DNA of 64,000 nucleotides. Source: a virus. Its lineage: Duplodnaviria; Heunggongvirae; Uroviricota; Caudoviricetes. The position numbers and the translations under genes are program-made. Position 1 is the stretch's first letter; each line of letters starts with the position of its first letter. The stretch lies in the IMG/VR virus record IMGVR_UViG_3300020451_002055, one strand, 5' to 3'. Shown here piece by piece: positions 42,001-51,001 of the stretch. Below the pieces are notes generated by a model. It searched no databases, was not told where the DNA came from, and worked only from the letters and a program-made list of their open reading frames with translations.

Positions 42001-42693
42001 ATCAGTACCGTTGTTAGTAAAGACCTGTGTTTCGTCTCTGTCTAGATAGTTGTCTCCGCGAAAATCAAACTTGCGTTCATCGAGAACTCTTCTGACAAAC
42101 AGATTACGCTCGCTTCCGGGGTCGAAGTCTTCATAGTTAGCAAGGATAGCCCCCTCGCTTGTGACCGTCCAACCTCTCGTTGCTCCCGGCGAAGAACCTA
42201 TATTCTCTAGCTCTTCATCAGTGAACTGAATCGGAGTTCTCGTTACTCCAAGGACTCCGATGATGTAATCCCTAACCTCATACTGAATGACGCCATCGTT
42301 GTCTCTGGCCTCTTCAAGCATAGCTTCGGTGACAGTTATAGATCGATTGATTCTGGTTTCTGCCTCTGTAAGATGAAAGATGAATTTAGAAGTAGTTGGC
42401 TCAAAATCGCCAAGCAAAGACGAACCTATCGCGTTACCCAAAAGGAAACCGGCTCCGCCGCCAAGACCGCCGAGAATACCGCCTGCTCCGGCTCCGCCTG
42501 CCAAATCATTGAGCGTCGTGCCCGAAACATCGGAACGGACAGAATATTGCATCTCAATGGCAATTCTGCTCGCGGGAATAACCCGGACCTCTTCATCTCG
42601 AACGGTTCCTGTTTCAGGAATGAATCCGTTTGCAATGAGGTCCGTGTTGCTATAGGCTAGAACGCCTTGTACGAATGGGGCGCAACGACTCAT
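39019..42693 (-). CDS. Tail-tip protein with Asp-box (BNR) repeats and an N-terminal glycine zipper
   Basis: 1224 aa directly after the tape measure gene. Asp-boxes 'FSPDEGDTW' and 'TSNDEGKTW'; 'GGAGAGGILGGLGGGAGFLLGNAIG'. Confidence 0.6.
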   Translation of the reverse strand: MSRCAPFVQGVLAYSNTDLIANGFIPETGTVRDEEVRVIPASRIAIEMQYSVRSDVSGTTLNDLAGGAGAGGILGGLGGGAGFLLGNAIGSSLLGDFEPTTSKFIFHLTEAETRINRSITVTEAMLEEARDNDGVIQYEVRDYIIGVLGVTRTPIQFTDEELENIGSSPGATRGWTVTSEGAILANYEDFDPGSERNLFVRRVLDERKFDFRGDNYLDRDETQVFTNNGTDDLTDRVIEIKFPEALLANSDREPGDPLPEDPAEAAVAPLIPGDRIYLTYAAATDRILRQAILAKSFFFLFPGPLVERIGEDEVQAWNFKPYKFKVLKTHNVQFAPNDPVRADLRDLIRDQEIIADETLTPEQKARRLRTEDMEAMRLTEVLNNTKTKRPFIKGFYAMDARGIVAVSDLRTGEGNIEVIVPAEDINDQEWWNATIEAFIVNRPGYTNGELTDVDSANAVLRGFVFDVSDHVNAVCFDSEKFGYQRELADALAQVSKPDPDDPTKGVGFPNLDLIINGLSRRNNYDLSSAVFEPIRMSSIEGGAYFIRDCNKFFVDRTVQADMFIRTPFFFERFGDDTRVYVERFSPQFPLSRDGGIWVFSSPAAFGQRMTVDEHPYNKLSYLVFNADNADGESTLRYFEFEDNILRSQLQRTDLEPSSAERVHEAGNIDDATQSSLGVIGYDLLLGNQPGYSGGREISTDKGQIALGRRTAAETYTRKSLSFQQSSGDITVTVSGLGGAKTTSIKITYKILPGFLDNAERLISIIFPNEGNVIDNIAVPWAGGFSENRTQTIVIDTRNYSDELFRLNGEIIEFMDIETIEATSFQDEAYQACKIVSSISSTCFDQSGNWFVFYEDELAFEGDYGDQPAETDSGGNKEISCLFSPDEGDTWIDYKGIVQTVDSDDIKTPYAVVDQSTNKIHLFFIINDALMYKIVDPKLFDPADAFKAYRRPISFTATTDPLVGLAHFTEDGRKLRQSPLSVVIGNVTGEYLAEQLSISRGRRSNGFQPRVILNGDLKDFEEGFASQDYFAFQDKKGALNVVYAVNGAVYIRTSNDEGKTWEEVYEDEGETFIHKSSNVQEARDVSQLGGVYDPATGNLNLAYVVDEMIFAKSLDGSVLSKDNPIVRADLDGETTPFSPIFIVGNIPDDVRGSIISGDTPVVFPYPLSAAAIFDESMGISDNLPPVGYVSSSGITRMFYKDSFGNVRGLCFDASQVQLDTKRRGV

Positions 42694-42700
42694 ATATCAG

Positions 42701-45700
42701 TTACCGTCTGACTCTAAGATCGTCAAGAATTCGCTGCTCGGAACGCTGAATGACGGTTGTCATCATGGCTGTCATCTCCGCAACGAAACTATCGGCGACT
42801 CGCTTCTTGTCCTGACTGCTGAGAGCGATTTCAACCCTCTGAGACCCTTCTGTGATCGACGATCCAGGCGAATCCAAGTACCCGTTCACTCCTGTGCTGA
42901 CCGAGTTCATAATCGGTTCAGGCATCGAAGCCATAGAAGCAGAATCGTTTTGGAACATGACCGGAATCGAAGAACCGTCCGGAAGCGGAACAACTGCCTC
43001 GGACTTGCCAGCTTCAGCGAGCCTTGCAAGCTGACCGCCGGGCCTTGGGGCAGCAATGCCGCCGGTGGCATACGATTCAGTAGGAAAGGCATACTCCGGA
43101 TAATCAGGCTTCCAAATATCCCGCTCAGATAGACCGGATCGCAATCCCGCTGCCTTATGAATGACAGACAAATCCTCATACATCTGAGGGAGCTTGGTCT
43201 CAAGCCATCTTCTGCTGCTCTCGTTAGTATCTCGCTGCCTGTCAAGACCTATGATACGGTCAACTTCATTTGTATCTTCTCGAAGCATCGCATCCTGAAG
43301 TAGGAGTTCATGATCTTGAACCCATCTGTCTCTTCTGGATCGCTCGGACAGAATGCTCTCAACCAAAGAGACAACATTTTGAAGCTGACGCTGAGCCGCG
43401 TCGTATCTCTCTTGATGATCTCTAATAGAAGCTACATCTGAAAACTCGGACTGCAAACGAGGATATACTGTCCTCTCTGCTCCTTGAGCATCGGTGTAAA
43501 CTTCTATATCGTTTCTGAGCATATCAGAAGCGCTTGCAGGTCTAACCCTTATCGCCGGAGTCTGAGATACCTCTATGTCAAAGATGTTGTCGCCTATACC
43601 TCGAACGCCAAGCTCCCTCAACTGAGGAAGCATTTCAGCAAGCTGAGCAGGATGCCTTGCGTCTTCAAGTCTCTCATAGATGCGTTGACTATTGACATCG
43701 AAGTCTTCAAGTTGAGCAACAATCGCCGTCTTAGCAGAAACGCTTTCAGCGGATGCAAGCTGCGCCATGATAGCATTCGCCTGATCTCGTCGCCATGCGA
43801 TCATACGGTTCGTTATGATCTCTTTACGACGATCAAGCTCTGCTTGCATCTCTTCGTAAGAAGCAGATGCATCAGCGTCAGTCAGTCCGCCTGGAATCTG
43901 AGGACTCTCTCCTGGACTCGGAGGAATAGGACCAACAAAGTTCGGATCGGCCATATAGTCGTATGGCTTACCTCTTTTGATGAGATCTTCGGCGATGGAT
44001 CTCCATGCTGCAAGCTGTTTGTTGCCGTACCGCTTATCTGAGCCTCTTCTTGTCGCCTTGATTCGAGCCTTCATCTTGCGAGTAAAGAATTCCATCTCTT
44101 CGACAATGCCATTACGCCATTGATCATAAGCGGACTGCTGCTCGCCAGTTGAAATATCCTGAGCAGATCGAGTTGCTCCATTATATGCCGCAAGATCAGT
44201 TATCAGGCTTGGGACTCGGACACCAAGAGGGGTTTCGCTTAGCTCGCTCATTCGAGCAGCAAAACTCATGTCATCAATACCTGCTTGAAGCGGGCTTCGT
44301 TGTTCTCTAATCTGTTGTCTAAAGCTCTCAGCCTGTCGAACGGCTTCTTCTGTAGCCTGAAGTAACGGATTTGGATCAGTTCCGAACCTTGCCATGTCGG
44401 AACTAGCAAACTCGCCCATCAAAGCTTCATACTGGGCATGAACCTCGTCTTCTCTCTCAGAGATTTTTTGCTGAGTCATACTTGGAGATGGCAAGAGATA
44501 TCGCAGATTGCCCAGTCTCCTTCTTACTGTCATATAACGCTCGTTCAAAGCCTCATATTGATCAGCGGTAAACGTTGAACCATCAGTCATAGATGAAAGA
44601 TCATAGAAACTTTCATCCTTATAGAGCTTCTCATGCCACAAGTAAGGGAAGTCCTTGAGGAATCTCTCCTTGATACGACTGGCTCCTCGCAGATTGAACT
44701 CATCAAGCTGCTTTGCCATTTCCTCTCGCTCGCGCTTGCGAGCAGCATCCATCATGCCTTCGATGGTGATTCCGGAGTTTAGGCTGTCAACAAACTCAGA
44801 GCCTCCGTTCTGAGCAACGGTCTCTCTCGTAAGAACGCCTTCTCCCGTAGTCATAGCAACAAGAGTCGAATCCCGGTTCGGGCCGGTTGCTCCGTCTCCG
44901 ATGATGCCGCCTCTGTTGCGACCCTCAACCTCGATCTGAACAGGGACCGTGCCCGGAACCCTTCCGTTACCAATGGTTGCTGTCCCTTGGTTTTCGGAGA
45001 TGTAGTCCTGAAGCTCTGCGGTTCCGTATGGCTGAGTCCTTAGCGACTCTCCCATCGTCGAGAAGAATCGACCGGCCTCTTGCTGCCATACTTCGACAAT
45101 CCTAGCTCCGGTCGAACTGATGCCGTCTCTCATGTCGTCTTCGACATCAAAGAAAGCTCCGAGAGGGTTGCTCTCAGTGATTAGCTGATTGACATCATCC
45201 GATGCTCCGAATCGACGACCCTCAGACATGATGCCGCCAGCGGTAAACCGCTCGCTCGTCGTAAGACCTCTAGCCATAGCACCGGAACGGAGACTAACAA
45301 CTGCGTTGTTCGTAGCGGCCTGCAACTGACCAAGGTTCTTATTCTGGTCAATCGTGATCTGAGTGAACATTCCAGCGCCGGTTGACATCGCTGCAATCGC
45401 GCTGATATATCCGTCTCGGATTACCTTGGTAATCGAGGCCTGCTTAGCCATTAGCTGAGTTCTTTCAGCTACGGTCTCATTGATTTTCTTCTCCGCAAAA
45501 GCTCGGCCAGCAAGAGCGTCATCCATGGCCGCTTCATCACCAGACTCCGCTGCGGCGCGCATTGCTGATTCTGCCGCTTCTTTAGCCTGTCTAAAGAAAG
45601 AGAGTCTTTTTTCCGCGGCGCTAATTTCGCCCTGTATAGCTCTGACCTGCTCCATTCTCATTTCGGCAGAAGGAGCAACGCCTGCAGCAAGATTTGTGGC

Positions 45701-48211
45701 AAGCTCAACATCAGCGGCTACTCTATCGGAGAACGAGCGGGCTAGTTCTTGTTCGCCATCAAAAGCCTTAGAAGCTTGAGATAGGATATCGCTCATAGAA
45801 GTTCTAGATTCAATAGCTGCCTTTTCAATCTCAGCCATTGTTGTATCTAAGAACATTTTTAGCTGAGTAGCGCTGCCAATATCACCAAGCCTCTGCATGA
45901 TCTCGTCAGAAACAACTTCGCCCAACTGAGGCAAAGACTGAAGAGATTGCTTCATGTTTTTTACGAAGTCTTCTTCATTAGCTACGGCATTCAAATCCAT
46001 GCCAGCAATGATATTGGAAAACTCGGCAACAGCTTGCCTTGCAGATTCTATGATTGTTCTTCTACCAGAAGCAGCCTCAAGAACTTCTTGAATATTTGAA
46101 CCTAGATTGAATTCTGTAGTTGCAGACTGCGCTCCGGCCATCCTGCTTTGCAAATCAGCAATAGCGCCAAGGCGGCTCAGGCTGGCGTCATAGCGACGAT
46201 TAGATAGTTGAATGAAACTATTGAGTAGCTGATATCTGGCAACAAAACCAATAAGAACCTTATCTGTAGCGGACAGAGTGTCTTTCTGGCTCTCTTGAGC
46301 CTCCTCTGCTTTTTCTACTTCTTTCTTTGTCTTTTTCAGTTGATCATTGATGCTATCAAGTTCTTTCTGCTGCTTTTCCAATACATCATTGTCAGTTATC
46401 CAGCCAAACTGCTCTCCAACCCAGTTCATGCCATTTGCGATATATCCAGGAGGCAAAAAATCCATTACTTCTAGTTTGCCTTTTGTCATAAACTCCGAAG
46501 CTATACCGCTATCCTGAGAGTAAAGACCAGCAAACAAAGTAGAGTTTTTTGCTCTTTCAGCATCCATGCTATCGAGAATTCTCTTTCTTTGAAGCTCAAG
46601 ATCTGCAAGCACGTACTCTGATTCTGAGCCTGCGTTCATTTTTCTATACTGAAGAGAAGACTCATAAGAATCGTTTGCCTTGCGAACAGCATCGCTAGTC
46701 TCATATAGCTGGACAGTAAAAGACTTTAGCGCTTCTATTGTTACGCCGATAGCGGCCCCGATAGCGGCTCCCTTTGGCCCTCCTATCATGCCTATACCGG
46801 CCCCCTGCAAAGCAGAAGAACCAAATCGACCTAAAGTCGAACCGACGCCGGTAGTATCGTTTGAACCATCTGGAGATAGAGCGTCTCCGCCAATACCCAT
46901 GCCATACGCAATCGATCCAATCGCAAGAGCGGGGAGGGCAAACTTTCCAAGACCTTTGCCTACAGAAGAAAGCCGACCCTTAAAGCCCTTAGCTTTACTT
47001 CCCTTGCCTGAAGGACCAGCGCCACCTGCATAGATTGAGCTAGAACCCGGACCTGCTGTCCAGTCTCCTACAACAACAACATATAGAGGCTTATTAGGAA
47101 AAGCTCCGACACTTGCAAAATTGCTCAGTAAGCCGCCAGAAAAAGCTCCGTTTCTAGATTGAGTTTGATTTCGGGCATTAGCCAAAAAGCCTAAGCCAGA
47201 AGTTGCAGATGTGGCAATTTTGCCCAAAGAAGAAGCAAGATTGATAGCTCCGATAGCAGCAAATGCGGATCCTATCTTAAGACCCAAGGCCACCCAGTTT
47301 TCGAGAGTTTCCCCTCCGGCCTGAAGTTGGTTGTTGATCCACTTAAGAACAGGTTGCAGCCCTTGCGCAACCTTCATTGTTATATCTTCCCAAAGAACTT
47401 TGAGTTCGTTTAGGGTTCTGATATTGTCGTTTAGTTGCTGAGTTCTTGCTTGGGCCTCCGCTGCATCTTTAGCAGCCTGACCTGCTGCTCCTCTTGCTCT
47501 GTCCAACTGAGCCATAGCTCCAAGTTGTTCTTTGAGTTCATCGAGAGTTATGTCGCCAGCGATTGCTGCTGCAGCAAGCAATGCACGACTCATGTTGCGA
47601 GCGCTCTTCGATATCTTCTCGCTTCTATTGGCTACGCCATAGCTAAATAGTTCTTGATAGATTGGAACCTTCTGTCCTATCTGTTGAACAGAAGTCTGAA
47701 GCCTCATCATGGCATCAACGTTTTCGCCGACTACTTCTCTTAGAACATCAAACACCTGAACCATTCGGTTCGGAGCCTGGAATGAGAAGCCCTTATCAAA
47801 CTGAGCTTGCAGAGTCGCCACTTCTTGACGAGTAAATGCGAAGCGATCCTTGAGCATCAATATTCGACGCTCTGTGGCTACAATGCTTTCGTCAAATTTG
47901 GCAAACTGCTGTCTACTTAATAGAAGGGTTCGACTGTAATTTGCAAGCTCCCTCTGAGAGCCGCTGATTCCTAGGGCCTGGAAGGCCTGCTGAACACCAT
48001 ACTGAGCAGCTATCAAAGAACTTGAAAAATCCGCTATGAAGTCGAGCGCCCCTCCGAATTTCTTGGCGGCTACAGTAACCTTTTTGAACCTGGATTCTAG
48101 GCGATCCGCAGACTGTCCAACTCTCTCGACAGCGCGAGCGGCGTCCTGAGCGCCTTCGACACCCAAGGTCAATTGAACAAGTCTATCTATTTGTCGTTGA
48201 TTATCTGCCAT
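42701..48211 (-). CDS. Tail tape measure protein
   Basis: 1836 aa, Ala/Gly/Gln-rich and helical, hydrophobic Gly-zipper segments, typical motifs 'RGGIIGDG..GPNRDS..VAMTTGEGVL' and 'YATGGI...LAEAGKSEAVVPL'; follows tube and chaperone genes. Confidence 0.9.
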   Translation of the reverse strand: MADNQRQIDRLVQLTLGVEGAQDAARAVERVGQSADRLESRFKKVTVAAKKFGGALDFIADFSSSLIAAQYGVQQAFQALGISGSQRELANYSRTLLLSRQQFAKFDESIVATERRILMLKDRFAFTRQEVATLQAQFDKGFSFQAPNRMVQVFDVLREVVGENVDAMMRLQTSVQQIGQKVPIYQELFSYGVANRSEKISKSARNMSRALLAAAAIAGDITLDELKEQLGAMAQLDRARGAAGQAAKDAAEAQARTQQLNDNIRTLNELKVLWEDITMKVAQGLQPVLKWINNQLQAGGETLENWVALGLKIGSAFAAIGAINLASSLGKIATSATSGLGFLANARNQTQSRNGAFSGGLLSNFASVGAFPNKPLYVVVVGDWTAGPGSSSIYAGGAGPSGKGSKAKGFKGRLSSVGKGLGKFALPALAIGSIAYGMGIGGDALSPDGSNDTTGVGSTLGRFGSSALQGAGIGMIGGPKGAAIGAAIGVTIEALKSFTVQLYETSDAVRKANDSYESSLQYRKMNAGSESEYVLADLELQRKRILDSMDAERAKNSTLFAGLYSQDSGIASEFMTKGKLEVMDFLPPGYIANGMNWVGEQFGWITDNDVLEKQQKELDSINDQLKKTKKEVEKAEEAQESQKDTLSATDKVLIGFVARYQLLNSFIQLSNRRYDASLSRLGAIADLQSRMAGAQSATTEFNLGSNIQEVLEAASGRRTIIESARQAVAEFSNIIAGMDLNAVANEEDFVKNMKQSLQSLPQLGEVVSDEIMQRLGDIGSATQLKMFLDTTMAEIEKAAIESRTSMSDILSQASKAFDGEQELARSFSDRVAADVELATNLAAGVAPSAEMRMEQVRAIQGEISAAEKRLSFFRQAKEAAESAMRAAAESGDEAAMDDALAGRAFAEKKINETVAERTQLMAKQASITKVIRDGYISAIAAMSTGAGMFTQITIDQNKNLGQLQAATNNAVVSLRSGAMARGLTTSERFTAGGIMSEGRRFGASDDVNQLITESNPLGAFFDVEDDMRDGISSTGARIVEVWQQEAGRFFSTMGESLRTQPYGTAELQDYISENQGTATIGNGRVPGTVPVQIEVEGRNRGGIIGDGATGPNRDSTLVAMTTGEGVLTRETVAQNGGSEFVDSLNSGITIEGMMDAARKREREEMAKQLDEFNLRGASRIKERFLKDFPYLWHEKLYKDESFYDLSSMTDGSTFTADQYEALNERYMTVRRRLGNLRYLLPSPSMTQQKISEREDEVHAQYEALMGEFASSDMARFGTDPNPLLQATEEAVRQAESFRQQIREQRSPLQAGIDDMSFAARMSELSETPLGVRVPSLITDLAAYNGATRSAQDISTGEQQSAYDQWRNGIVEEMEFFTRKMKARIKATRRGSDKRYGNKQLAAWRSIAEDLIKRGKPYDYMADPNFVGPIPPSPGESPQIPGGLTDADASASYEEMQAELDRRKEIITNRMIAWRRDQANAIMAQLASAESVSAKTAIVAQLEDFDVNSQRIYERLEDARHPAQLAEMLPQLRELGVRGIGDNIFDIEVSQTPAIRVRPASASDMLRNDIEVYTDAQGAERTVYPRLQSEFSDVASIRDHQERYDAAQRQLQNVVSLVESILSERSRRDRWVQDHELLLQDAMLREDTNEVDRIIGLDRQRDTNESSRRWLETKLPQMYEDLSVIHKAAGLRSGLSERDIWKPDYPEYAFPTESYATGGIAAPRPGGQLARLAEAGKSEAVVPLPDGSSIPVMFQNDSASMASMPEPIMNSVSTGVNGYLDSPGSSITEGSQRVEIALSSQDKKRVADSFVAEMTAMMTTVIQRSEQRILDDLRVRR

Positions 48212-48274
48212 AGTCGCCTGTAGTTACAGGTAGATGCTATGTAGATGTATTGGCAGAAAACGGGTTATTTACCT

Positions 48275-48493
48275 TCAACCGCCAAGCAAAACAAAGCTCA
48301 AGGCGATCAAGAAGGCGAGAAAGGCTCCGACGCCGCCTGAATCAACAGCGGAGCCAGCGCCTTCGCTCGCCCCTCCAAGACTCAGCATGGCGGCAAAGAC
48401 GACCCAAAGGACGAGGCCCATGACGCCATGGATCACGATGAAACCAACCAGTCCGATCAGTCCGCATACAGTTCCAATAACGCCGTCGTCCAT
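48275..48493 (-). CDS. Small membrane protein (two hydrophobic segments)
   Basis: 72 aa, almost entirely hydrophobic; AAAGGA SD-like sequence upstream. Confidence 0.6.
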   Translation of the reverse strand: MDDGVIGTVCGLIGLVGFIVIHGVMGLVLWVVFAAMLSLGGASEGAGSAVDSGGVGAFLAFLIALSFVLLGG

Positions 48494-48555
48494 TGGGCTT
48501 CCTTTCAGTTCGTGCCCTCTACCCTACTCTACTCCATCTACGTTTTCGGTGCAAA

Positions 48556-49050
48556 TCAAGACCCCTCTGAAGCGGCCTTTGAGTCCTCTGGATTGTCCTC
48601 TTTCTCTCCGTCTTCCTGTTCGGTTTCCGTTTCCTCGCCATCCTCGAACATCCCCTCTTCTACGCCTAGCTCTCGCTCCAAGGCTCCTGCAAGGACCATG
48701 GCGAAGGTTGGATGCAGATTGCCTATGGCATTTGCATTGGCAGGCACGGCCTTGCCATCTGCATCCTTCAACGTCCAACTCTTGAGCAGGATTTCGAGCC
48801 TTCTATACCTGATCTCATTGAACGCCAAATCCATGCCTCCCTCGACGTTCATACGGACTCCAAGGTCCAGCAACACGGTCGAGTCTCTGAAGTTCGGCTT
48901 GCGGAAAACGACTTCGTACTTGGTCGCAGACAGGGCGTCCTTGGGGCGATCTACCTCTCTGCTCCAATAGCGCGTCTTGTTCTTTGAGTCTTCTCCGACC
49001 CAAATGTTGACCTTGATGGTCTCGTCTTGATTGATGAAAATGCTGCCCAT
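48556..49050 (-). CDS. Second tail assembly chaperone-like protein (paralogue of 49306-49758)
   Basis: 164 aa. 'LLKSWTLKDADGKAVPANANAIGNLHP' aligns with 'CLSAWNVTDGEGRPVPPSIENVGMLPS'; acidic tail. Confidence 0.7.
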   Translation of the reverse strand: MGSIFINQDETIKVNIWVGEDSKNKTRYWSREVDRPKDALSATKYEVVFRKPNFRDSTVLLDLGVRMNVEGGMDLAFNEIRYRRLEILLKSWTLKDADGKAVPANANAIGNLHPTFAMVLAGALERELGVEEGMFEDGEETETEQEDGEKEDNPEDSKAASEGS

Positions 49051-49066
49051 TGATTCCTATCTCCTG

Positions 49067-49309
49067 TTATGACTTCGGCCTTGATTTCTGCTGTGTTTGA
49101 ACCGACCCGCTAACTGACCCCTTGCCGCTCATTCTGTATTCGACAAGAAGAATGCTCATATGCTCATGAAACTTTTTGGGATGAAGCTTACTGATGTAGT
49201 CCAAGTCCCATCCATATGCCTTTGCGAGCATGTGTTCGCAGATCGAATCAGGCAATTCTTTGTAGTCCATGAGGACGCCGGAATAGAGATCACCGGCGGA
49301 TCGGATCAC
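49067..49309 (-). CDS. Tail chaperone frameshift extension (gpT-like)
   Basis: In the -1 frame relative to 49306-49758; 'HMLAKAYGWDLDYISKL' resembles gpT-type extensions. Confidence 0.75.
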   Translation of the reverse strand: MIRSAGDLYSGVLMDYKELPDSICEHMLAKAYGWDLDYISKLHPKKFHEHMSILLVEYRMSGKGSVSGSVQTQQKSRPKS

Positions 49310-49758
49310 TCTTTTTTTTCGTCTTCATCGATCATAAGAGCTTCGTCATATCTCTGTATCAAAGCTCTAGCAACGTTCGAAGGAAGCATCCCTACGTTTT
49401 CGATGCTCGGCGGAACCGGTCTACCCTCGCCATCAGTAACGTTCCAAGCTGACAGGCAGTAGCGGAAAACGTTCTGCTGATAGGCTGACCAGTCTAGTTC
49501 TGAACCGCCGGACACCTTATTGTAGCTCATCGAATTCTTGAGCAACTCATTGTTCGTTTGCCATGTTTGAGGACGCCATTTTGTCTCAAGGGTTTCATAG
49601 GCCTTTTCCTCGCCCTCTTTCGGCTTGGGCATCTTTTCGACATCCTCATCCGAGAGGATTCGAAACTGTCTCTGACCATGCTTGTTCTTCTTCACTTGAT
49701 AATGAAGCTCAATGACTATGAGATCGTCATCGCCGCCTAATAGTAGCTGATTCGCCAT
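49306..49758 (-). CDS. Tail assembly chaperone (gpG-like)
   Basis: 150 aa directly after the tube gene; 'WNVTDGEGRPVP' motif; ends in a slippery site; AAGGAG SD. Confidence 0.8.
   Translation of the reverse strand: MANQLLLGGDDDLIVIELHYQVKKNKHGQRQFRILSDEDVEKMPKPKEGEEKAYETLETKWRPQTWQTNNELLKNSMSYNKVSGGSELDWSAYQQNVFRYCLSAWNVTDGEGRPVPPSIENVGMLPSNVARALIQRYDEALMIDEDEKKE
49312..49318 (-). other. Programmed -1 ribosomal frameshift slippery heptamer A-AAA-AAA
   Basis: mRNA GAA AAA AAA GAG UGA; a -1 slip reads AAA AAA AGA GUG AUC CGA into ORF 49067-49309. Confidence 0.8.
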
Positions 49759-49887
49759 CGTTCACTCCTTCAGGTACATATCGATAAACATCGGTACATG
49801 ACAAACGCTTCCTACGCAGGAAGGTTTGCCATGATACCTAAGTATCGACAAATACAAGCCAATAACTTGTAACGGGGATTTTGAAGA

Positions 49888-50946
49888 TTAGTCGTCAGGC
49901 GACCAGTTTGGGAAGCCCGAGGACGGGCGTCCGCCGAATACGCCTGGCTGGAAGTTGGCGTTTGGCAGATCGGCCTGGTTGCCGATTTCGGTTGCTTCGA
50001 AACCGTTGTCGCAGTCGCCAAGGGCGGCATACTGAACCGTGGTCTCGACAAGTTCGTTTGTGATAGCGATTTCTTCAATCTGGAAGATAACGCCGTGCAG
50101 AGCAGTCGTAAATGCGATTGCGCCTGCTCCGCCAAGAGAGTATCCGAACGCCATTCGAGCGGTTGAGGTAAATCTGTCTTGATTGTTGTAAGCAAGCTCA
50201 GAAAGACCTGGGTTGCGACCCATGAGGGTTAGCGAACCGGTGATTTCTCTCTTCTTCGCAGTAATGTCCTGCGGAGCGAGCTTGTTGTTCAAGGTGAAGA
50301 AACGCTCAGCGTTGTTGTTTACCGTAACCTCGAAGTTTCTCAGCCAGTCGCCTCGAATCTGCTCAAGCTCGCCTTCGTCGCCGTAGACGCGGATGAGGAA
50401 GTCGTTCCAGGTAACAACACGAGCCGGTGACAGGAAGTCCGGCTCGACGTTTGGAGATGGCTGACGAACATCGTCGTCAGCGTTGGCTCCGCCAATAACG
50501 TCCATGCTCATATTGACAACATCAGACTGCTGAACACTGAGGGTCATTGAGTTTACGATACATGCCGGGTAGAGGAACGCCGTGTCATCCGTGTATCGAA
50601 CCTGAGCGTCGAACTGATTAATCAATCGACCGAATGGGTCTCGCCTAACCGCCATCTCCCAGAACGTAGCTCCAAGAGTCTTGCTCGTTAGCTGATCGCA
50701 GTCTCGTCCCGAGTTGATGTTCTGAATACCTTCATGAACAAGAGGGAATGAGACGTTTCCTTCGACAATACGCGGACCCAATTGATAGAGAGTCCTATCG
50801 ATCTTACCATCAACTACGTCTGGGTAAGTGATATCCTGAGAGGCTCGAATGTCAGCGCTCGTAGCTCTGACTCGAATGTTACCGCCGGTTGTACCTAGGA
50901 AGGTAACTGAACCAACGTAACCCATTTTTGCTTGCGGATTAGGCAT
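49888..50946 (-). CDS. Major tail tube protein
   Basis: 352 aa. 'VEGNVSF...YPACIVNSMTLS...NFEVTVNNN...KREITGSLTL' tube-like pattern; canonical position; strong AGGAG SD. Confidence 0.8.
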   Translation of the reverse strand: MPNPQAKMGYVGSVTFLGTTGGNIRVRATSADIRASQDITYPDVVDGKIDRTLYQLGPRIVEGNVSFPLVHEGIQNINSGRDCDQLTSKTLGATFWEMAVRRDPFGRLINQFDAQVRYTDDTAFLYPACIVNSMTLSVQQSDVVNMSMDVIGGANADDDVRQPSPNVEPDFLSPARVVTWNDFLIRVYGDEGELEQIRGDWLRNFEVTVNNNAERFFTLNNKLAPQDITAKKREITGSLTLMGRNPGLSELAYNNQDRFTSTARMAFGYSLGGAGAIAFTTALHGVIFQIEEIAITNELVETTVQYAALGDCDNGFEATEIGNQADLPNANFQPGVFGGRPSSGFPNWSPDD

Positions 50947-51001
50947 TTCCTATAACTCCTCGTTACTAGTTACTGGCTTTAGTTGTTTCCCGCAACCTTA
51001 G

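Noticed and set aside
1-42693. Diversity-generating retroelement or invertible fibre cassette
   Set aside because: No reverse transcriptase, recombinase or near-identical nucleotide repeat was seen; the repeats are diverged and visible only at protein level.
45800-47450. Apparently AT-richer segment within the tape measure gene
   Set aside because: It may simply reflect Lys-rich coiled-coil coding and cannot be established without a GC/codon-usage calculation.
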